A stretch of DNA of 64,000 nt from Epithemia pelagica (lineage: Eukaryota; Protista; Bacillariophyta), in contig OX337229.1 of assembly GCA_946965045.2 (NCBI GenBank), positions 5,456,001-5,520,000 on the forward strand, read 5' to 3'. The position numbers and the translations under genes are program-made. The notes beneath the pieces are model-generated. The model saw nothing but the letters and a program-made list of their open reading frames with translations, had not been told where the DNA came from and searched no databases. Below, piece by piece: positions 56,448 to 64,000 of the stretch (the stretch's first letter is position 1; each line of letters begins with the position of its first letter).

Positions 56448-57713
56448 TTAGTAAAACTCAATAATCAGATTGCCTCGTTCATCGGTATCTTTGATGGGCA
56501 TTCCCATGTCAGGTATTGTCAGCGACTGTCCTGGTTTCAATAAGCGTTCGGCTCGTTCCCCAGGGACAACCCGTTCCCACACTTGTCCATCGGGTAGGGT
56601 CACCGACAAGCGGACGTCGGCCGTGACCAGTTTGCCGTTTTTCTTCTTTTTCTTTTTCGCCGTACCCGTCGACTTGACCTTGTGTCGATAAATGAGGTCA
56701 TCTCCTCGTCGTTCCAGAGTGGGATGTTTGGCCTCTTCAATGATAAATGTAAGGGGTGGCGTAGAGCGACCACGTTGTTTGAACTTGACTTTGGTACCCG
56801 CCTTCCACCCTGGTTTTAGTTGAATCGTATATTGTTGCTGTAAACGACGACCAATTTGGAGAGTGACAGTCTTTGTCTTGCCAGTGTACAAATCGGCTAG
56901 CGAGCAGGTTAATGTTCGTGTCACTTCCTTGAGCGGTCGTGGTGGTGTGGGAGGTCGGCGTTGGCGAGTAGTCGAGCCACCATCAAAACCACCACCACCG
57001 CCACCACCCAACATCATGTTGCGGATCCAATCTTCAAACGTAAAGGAAGGCGAGGAGCCACCAAAACCAGCGGAAGAGCCACGAGATCCACCAGAGAAAA
57101 AGTCTTCAAAGAAATTAAAGTCATTGGCACCGTTGTTGTTGCTATTAAAGGACCGTTGCTGATGATGAAAGGGAAAGGGTTGTGGTCCACCTTGGTTCGG
57201 CACTCCTCCACCAATGCCTGCATTGATTCCAGCATGGCCAAATTTATCGTATCGAGACCGCTGCTCTGGATCCGACAAGATTTCATATGCCTGCGAAAGC
57301 TCCTTGAACTTTTCTTCATCTCCTCCCTTGTCGGGATGTTCTCTCAATGCTGCTTTCCGATAGGCCTTTTGCAGTTCTTTGGGTGAGGAATTTCGAGGGA
57401 CCCCCAACACTTTGTACAAACATCTCGGCTTGTTCGAGGCCAAGACGAGACTTCCAGAGGATATCAGAATACAGCAAAAGACGAGTATAAGGAAGCACTG
57501 CGGCAGTCGTAAAGATGGGGACCGATGAACGTGGCAATGGCCAATGGCGACACCGTTGGGTCTGCGCAAAATTCTGTTGCTCCATCCTCGAGCGTGTCTT
57601 TGAGGAGGACGCCTTCCAACATTAGATCGAAGCGTCCACTTTGGGAACATACTGGGAGAGTGGGACCGTTCTTCTCTGTTGCTTTGATGAGGCCACTCAA
57701 AACTCCACCCCAT
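56448..57713 (-). CDS. Type II (class B) DnaJ/Hsp40 protein
   Basis: J-domain LYKVLGV...[17 protein letters not shown] region, and DnaJ_C motifs [24 protein letters not shown]...RGNLIIEF. Start codon uncertain. Confidence 0.9.
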   Translation of the reverse strand: MGWSFEWPHQSNREERSHSPSMFPKWTLRSNVGRRPPQRHARGWSNRILRRPNGVAIGHCHVHRSPSLRLPQCFLILVFCCILISSGSLVLASNKPRCLYKVLGVPRNSSPKELQKAYRKAALREHPDKGGDEEKFKELSQAYEILSDPEQRSRYDKFGHAGINAGIGGGVPNQGGPQPFPFHHQQRSFNSNNNGANDFNFFEDFFSGGSRGSSAGFGGSSPSFTFEDWIRNMMLGGGGGGGFDGGSTTRQRRPPTPPRPLKEVTRTLTCSLADLYTGKTKTVTLQIGRRLQQQYTIQLKPGWKAGTKVKFKQRGRSTPPLTFIIEEAKHPTLERRGDDLIYRHKVKSTGTAKKKKKKNGKLVTADVRLSVTLPDGQVWERVVPGERAERLLKPGQSLTIPDMGMPIKDTDERGNLIIEFY

Positions 57714-57997
57714 TCATTTCCATCCACGCAAAAAATGGCTGACACATGTCATTTTTCAAAAAAACAAAAAACTATGTAGACTATGAGGTATCTATCATAT
57801 GCATATCACTCTGTCCTGGAGCTGGAGCAGCGGTTCCTGGCTTTCAGTATCGCGACGCGCGACTCCAACAGCTTTACTATGAAGTAGATAGTACGTGACT
57901 TCGCCACCGGATTTTGACTTTATCCGCGAGACGACAAGTACTGCGTACTGCGTATCTACTGTCGCCATTTTCATCGAGAAGATCATGATGCTCCTCC

Positions 57998-60900
57998 ATG
58001 ACGAGTCATCGTCCGTCCAAAAGCAATCGTCGTTTGAGTGAAGTTTGCCGATCAAACTTCTATGGAAGGGATGCAGAACTTTGTCTGCTCAAACGTTCAC
58101 TCAAGGGCATTCAATCTTTCAGCAGCAAGGGGGAAAGACAGCACCTCGACCGCAACGAGACTCTAAATCGTCGTCCATCAAGCGAGTGTGCGCCGAGCCA
58201 AAACCATTTCACCTCTACAGAAGCAGTGGAAATGAATCCATCCAGCAATGAAGACCATACCTTTGGAAAAGAGTCGGGACGTTCGTTCATCTTTGTCCAA
58301 GGAGAATCGGGGACTGGGAAGACAACACTTGTTCGAACGGCGTTCCAGGACGAGTCATGCTTGTTCTGTTCAGGCAAATTTGAAAAGGGGGGTCATCCTC
58401 GACCTTTTGCTGTTCTGACCATGTGTCTAAACGAGCTATGTCGAGGTATGGCGGCCTTTTCTGTAAATGATACCAACGAATTTTCTTTTCCAGCTCTGAT
58501 TCGAAGAGTACTGGACAAGGAGGAAATTGGGATTTTGGCTCGAGTGGCTCCGAATCTGGCCAGCGTAATGGGAACAATTGAATATCAACAGCAACAGGAA
58601 GAAGATCTGTCTCCCCTGCAATCTGCAAACGACATTGAACGCCTGAAATTCATATTACGGAACTTTCTCGTTGCAGTTGCGACGAAAGACAAGCCTGTTG
58701 TCTTCTTCTGGGACGATTTGCAGTGGATCGATGCTGCATCGTTTGAAGTCCTAAAAGCAATCTCACACAACTGTGAACTACGATACTTTCTTTTTGTTGG
58801 TGCCTTTCGTATTGACGAAGTCTCTGACGATCATATTGTGAAGGAGTTCATTAATGGCTTACCTCATCCGATTCATATCACCATTACCAACCTGACATCG
58901 ACTGATTTATCAAACATGCTGCGAGTTGCGTTCGACCTTCGAGATCACCACAAGGATCGTATCAAATCTGTTCAGGAGCTCGCGGACCTGCTTCATCGAC
59001 GAACAGATGGAAATATCTTTTACGTGCTGGAAATTTTGGACTACCTTCAGGCCGCCGAATTGCTGACCTATGACACCCTCAACTTTTACTGGACATGGAA
59101 TATTGACAGAAACCAAAACCTCACAAATCTATCAGACAATATGGTGGATATTGTAATTACCAAGATAAAGGGCCTTCCTCATGACGTTCGTGATTTTCTC
59201 CAATTTTGCAGTCTGCTGGGATTCCGAACAGATCAAGAGCTGGTCGTTTCAGTTTTCCAAAACTTAAAGGGTGTAAGCACGGAAGACATTCAACTGTTGC
59301 TTGGAGTTCTTACAGAAGAGGGACTTCTGGAATCATTCCGAGGAAGACTAAAGTTTGTCCATGACAAGGTTTACCAAGCAGCAACTGATCTCCACACGAA
59401 CGCAAACGAATCTCATCTGATGATTGGCAGAGAGCTACAGAAACAAGTCGATGACTCAAATGAGAAAAGCACTTTGGATAGCAACGTGTTGTTTGTTTGT
59501 GTCGACCAGTTGAACCTTGGCAGTGCCCTGATATCCGAGAGCAGTGAGAAAGTACGACTGGCTAAGCTCAACCTGATGGCTTCCAAGGCGGCCGCAAGAA
59601 TGTCTGCCTTTGTTCCAGCGATGAGGTACGCGGAACTCGGATTCGATCAACTTGATCGTAAGAGCTGTTGGGTCGACTGCTATTTGGTGACATTGGAGCT
59701 TGCTACTTCACTGTCGGAGTTGTACTCTATCACCGGACACGTGGAGAAGCTCGCAGTTATTTCAAAAGAAGTACTTTCCAATGCAAAGACTATTGATGAC
59801 AAACTTCGCGTTCACATTGCTTTGAACCGTGCTCCTATTGCAGAGAAGAAAATTGAGAAAAGATATGCAGATACAGTTGAACTGATGAAGGTGTTGGGTA
59901 TAGTTCTTCCGGAGGAACCAACGAAAGAATATGGTGAACGTGCATTTGGTGATTTGAAACAAAGATTAAGAGCGCTCTCTGATGAACACATATTGTCATT
60001 GTGTCATTTAACAAAAAAAGAAGAACTTGGAGCGATGGAAATGCTTGGTTTCATGACAACAGAGCAAGTTATATCCTCCAAGAAAGACAGTGTGCATTTG
60101 GATGCTGTCGTTTCATGCATGGTGAACTTAACGCTTGACCATGGTCTGTGTTCAGAATCGTCTGTTGGCTTCTCGTTGTTTGGAGCGCGTCTTGCAAGCT
60201 CTGGTGAAATTCAACTTGCCCAACGACTGGCTAAATTATCAAAAACACTTTTGGATGTACCAGGTTTCAACGGCAGCGCACGTCCTAGAGTGTTGCTGTC
60301 TAGCTGTTTGGTCCTCCACTGGAGTGAAAGCTTGTCAAGTTTGACAGACAATGCTCTGGAAGCTTTCAATTATGGTGTTAGACATGGGGATACGACTTCA
60401 GGATTTTCAGTACGTGCCCAGTTCGTGATAATCGGAGCGTGAGGAATCTATTTCCATTTCAGCGTGTCCTCACCGGCTTCTTTTCCAGGCTGTTGTCATG
60501 TACGCTTCCCTCTGGTTTTACTCCGGCCTTCCACTTGGTAAGAGACCCAGTACTTGGCTTTCAAGTTCATGATCAAATCCCATAGACTGATCGCAACTTA
60601 GTTTCTTTTGTCAGGTGCGCTTTTGGAAGATTGCGAAAAGATGGCAACAGGCCTATCAGATTATGGACAGCATTCGATATTGTTAATGCTGCTACCTTTT
60701 CAACAAAGTGCCGTGAATCTATTGGGCTATGCAGAGGATATTCTGCTTATTAACCAAGGCCCATTATTGAAGTTGCGTTCAAAGTTAGGTTGGAAACATG
60801 GCTGTGGCGGCTCAGGGGAGTTCTCGGAAGCGTCGTTGCGCATGCAAATGGCGCTTTACTGCGAAGAGTTCGAGTTGGCGACAAGCCTGATGTCTTATCT

Positions 60901-61552
60901 GAAAGAGAACACGCCGTCAGTGACAGTTTCCCTTTGGCCTGACCAACAACGTACCTTCTTCTTTTGTCTGCTTGAAATTCACACGCTGAAAACGTCGCGT
61001 TCAAAGAATATTTTTTGGCGTAGATCAAAGCACCAGGAAATAAAGAAACTTCACTGCCAGATGCAAGCCTTGGTTCTTGACAACGGTAGCATCAACAGTG
61101 CACACAAGCTTCTCATCTTGGATGCAGAAATGCAAGCATTCTCAACACGGAGCTCTTGGGATACGGAGAAGCTTGAGCATGCGTATGACAAGGCCATTTC
61201 AGCTAGTACGAAAGGTACGGACTGTAAGCCTTTGGCCCAATTTATTTCTTGAGTGTCTTACCCGTTTCTCGTTTCAGCCGGGTTTTTGCAGGATGGAGCC
61301 CTTGCTGCTCACCTTGCGTGTCGATCCATACCAGCAAAGCAAGATATGTACTGGGATCTAGCAGTCGACTTATACTCTAAATGGGGTGCTAGTGGAGTCG
61401 TGAGCTATGTAGAAAGGCATCGTGACAGGGTGTCATCAGAAAGGGAAATCGGCGGTAGCCTCACAGAGTCGGGGTTTCGTAGTAGAAGCAGGTATGATGT
61501 TACCGTTGTGAACGGCCACAAAGTTCTTGACAAAGAGACATCGTCACAATAG
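57998..61552 (+). CDS. AAA_16/STAND-type ATPase with helical C-terminus (4 exons)
   Basis: FYGR, Walker A GESGTGKT, Walker B FWDDLQW, TDGNIFY, KFVHDKV and LYSKWGA. Frame-preserving GT-AG introns at 60410-60488, 60538-60614 and 61215-61277. Confidence 0.85.
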
Positions 61553-62134
61553 AACCAGAGGGAAAGTTGAGGAGATCTTGTGGATTCAAGCAGCTAATAT
61601 TCGTCACAAGGCAACTGGCATACTCAAACGGAATGAGAAGAGATCTGCTACCCGAAACCATGAACAATGAGCACCTCAAACGGTCGAGAATCCATGAGAG
61701 AAAACCTAAACAGCTTGATCTGAACGCACTCTCTGAAGAAAGATCGCATGATGGACATTTCAGGAAATTGCAAATTTGCTTTCTCTTTCAGGGTCATCGT
61801 GGGACATAAGACCGAGGTCATTGATTCTCAATCCCTTCTCCTCCTCCAAAGAGAACGAACGTCTGAGTCAAAGTAAAATGTAGATTGCTTTGTATTATGT
61901 GGAAGTGGACTGTTTTGTTCCTGGCGTAGATAGACCCATATACTCCAGTTGCTCTATGGAAATTACTCCTAATAGCTGGAGGGCAAGAAAGAGAGAACCT
62001 TTACCTTTACATAGCTATGTCTATGTTGCAACATGGGAGAAAATTTTCGGTCTTCTCATTTATTTTGAAACTTCGACAATGAATGACAATTTCATTGTCG
62101 AATCCACCGTTCTACACACCTAAACCAACAAACG

Positions 62135-64000
62135 ATGTTGCGACAGCAGGCTCTTGCTACCATGATGACTGATGGAACGTCGCTGGAGTTGAAAGAAAAA
62201 TCCAAGGTGCTCAGGAAGAAGAAGCTTGTCTTGCAGTCGCCATTAAGACGACATCTAATTGGTAGAGCTTCCTTGTCGTGGATCATGGCAGTGTTTCTGT
62301 ACACGCTTGCAAGTGATTCCAGAATGTGCTGTTCTGCCACGCCTGATAATGAAGGGAACGAGAACACGAGCAAGAAGGAGGTTGGCGACCTTCACAATCA
62401 CCCCCACCTACATGATTTGAAATGCTATCGACAGCTGTCATCCGACATCAATCGCGCTGACAGTTTAAAATGCGAGTTCGTAGTGTCAAACTATGGCGAA
62501 CGAGCGACAGAAATGTTGTCAAAAAATGGTGAACAAGCGCTAGAAGAATATTGTGACGAGAACAATCTGCTATGCATGCAAGCCAGACTACTGACAATCG
62601 GAGATGCCTCTTCAACCGAGACGGCACAACATGATCCCTCCAGCGTGAAAAGTGAAAAATCAAACAGTGCTGAAACGCTAGCCAAATCGGCAACTCAAGG
62701 ACAAACAACGGCATCGACATTACAGCACCCGTCATCGTCGTTGTTGCGACAATTGTATGAACCACCTTACAGTCAATACGGAGAGGAAGTGGAAGCTTCT
62801 CTCAAAGAGTGGTTGATCTCAGAGGCGATGTTTCAAAATGTACCTGGTGGGGCCAGTGCCATGGATGTGAACGATGACATGTATGTGGTCGCGGAATGGA
62901 TGCATAGAATAGGAATGGCACATCGCAATGAAGCTACAAAAATCAGTAGCCGACAGGGGCAACAACAAGAAAACGAACAAGCCCTGAATAACAACAGCAA
63001 TGAGAATTCTTTTCATAAGCAAGTGCAATGGTCTATTCGATCCTTTCGTAAGGCTCTTCAGCACTACGAGGGACTGGCAGTAGACACCGACACTGGAGAC
63101 CCATTGTTTAGGGTATTGAAGCAATTGCATATGGCCATCTGTTGTTATAATCTTGCTGAGTCTCTCACGTTATCGAATGATCCAAAACAAGCAGAGTTGG
63201 ATAAGGATTATTATGTTCAAGCGGATCAACTTTTCTCTAATTGCAAGACTCATCTCATGGAACTTCCGCCGTCGTCGGCGTCCAGCCAAACAAGCTTTCC
63301 ATTATTCTTTTTCGAGGGAGTGGAAACGGGAAATCAGCGATCACTTGATTCTCTGTGGAAGGATGCACTAACTGCGTGGGGCCAAGTGTCTGTTCGCTTG
63401 GGAGTGGCAGAAATGTCATCCTCGGATTCCGCATTCGATTTGCTTGATCTTCCGCTCAGTGGGGATTTCTCGGAGGATGATATAGCAGACTTGCAAACCA
63501 TGACCATGAACCTTTTGCAGACGGGAGGTGACATGGCTGATCTTGATCTTTCGAAGGGAGGCGAGGAATTACAACAAGCGCTGAGTGATCTGGTCAAGAA
63601 CAAGCTGCCGAAATTTCTCGCGTCAAGTGAGCGCGCGGAGTCGTATTTTGAACATGCAGCGAGTCTTTTTCGTCGCATTCTCACCAAGCACCCAGGAGAG
63701 GACGACTATGTGATTCAAATTCAATTGGGAAACGCGTTGCAAAATCTGGGGACAACATCAATTTCCAAAGGTGATTCGGAAACAGGCATTAGGCGCTTGG
63801 AAGAAACGTTAGAAATCCAACAAACGGCATTAACAAATATTCCATCGAACCCGAATGAAAGGGATGGATTCGATGATAACGATCTGAAACAGGCTATTGG
63901 CGAAACTTTGTATAGCCTGGCACAATCTTACTTGGATAAGGGAGATTACGATAGCTCGCATACGATGTACAATCGTGCGATGGAGTGGTTTGGGAAACAT
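62135..64000 (+). CDS. TPR-repeat protein with N-terminal hydrophobic segment (partial, runs off window)
   Basis: Manual translation is open from ATG 62135 to the window end (absent from the ORF track because no stop). TPR-like LGNALQNLG and IGETLYSLAQSYLDKGDYD. Confidence 0.75.
   Translation, partial: MLRQQALATMMTDGTSLELKEKSKVLRKKKLVLQSPLRRHLIGRASLSWIMAVFLYTLASDSRMCCSATPDNEGNENTSKKEVGDLHNHPHLHDLKCYRQLSSDINRADSLKCEFVVSNYGERATEMLSKNGEQALEEYCDENNLLCMQARLLTIGDASSTETAQHDPSSVKSEKSNSAETLAKSATQGQTTASTLQHPSSSLLRQLYEPPYSQYGEEVEASLKEWLISEAMFQNVPGGASAMDVNDDMYVVAEWMHRIGMAHRNEATKISSRQGQQQENEQALNNNSNENSFHKQVQWSIRSFRKALQHYEGLAVDTDTGDPLFRVLKQLHMAICCYNLAESLTLSNDPKQAELDKDYYVQADQLFSNCKTHLMELPPSSASSQTSFPLFFFEGVETGNQRSLDSLWKDALTAWGQVSVRLGVAEMSSSDSAFDLLDLPLSGDFSEDDIADLQTMTMNLLQTGGDMADLDLSKGGEELQQALSDLVKNKLPKFLASSERAESYFEHAASLFRRILTKHPGEDDYVIQIQLGNALQNLGTTSISKGDSETGIRRLEETLEIQQTALTNIPSNPNERDGFDDNDLKQAIGETLYSLAQSYLDKGDYDSSHTMYNRAMEWFGKH

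Overview
Eukaryotic nuclear DNA, most likely from a pennate diatom (inferred from compact genes, short GT-AG introns, CoDi-like Copia elements, DUF6824 and AAA_16 gene families, and a bipartite-type presequence). Housekeeping or family genes lie at about 1-9 kb, 13.6-18.4 kb and 44-64 kb. They include a USP-like protein, VPS33, PSMB3, two J-domain proteins, LRR proteins, a STAND-type ATPase and a TPR protein. Most of 9-44 kb is a transposon cluster whose boundaries can be read from the sequence. It holds a TTA-flanked TIR element, a 2.8-kb Copia with identical LTRs and a gag-RNaseH fusion, and an inverted pair of TA-flanked non-autonomous elements, one interrupted by a second Copia. It also holds a complete split-direct-repeat (Ngaro-type) tyrosine-recombinase retrotransposon. 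The most notable signals are: (i) a degenerate C5 cytosine-methyltransferase-like fold upstream of the RT in that retrotransposon; (ii) a 4.15-kb element nested in it with 34-bp TIRs and TAA flanks that encodes an intron-containing Crypton/DUF3504-type tyrosine recombinase rather than a DDE transposase; (iii) an apparently intact pogo with a second, possibly HIRAN-like ORF; (iv) a probable USP pseudoenzyme with both myristoylation and CaaX signals. Family assignments come from motif recognition by eye; no database searches were run. No rRNA, tRNA gene or CRISPR array was found.
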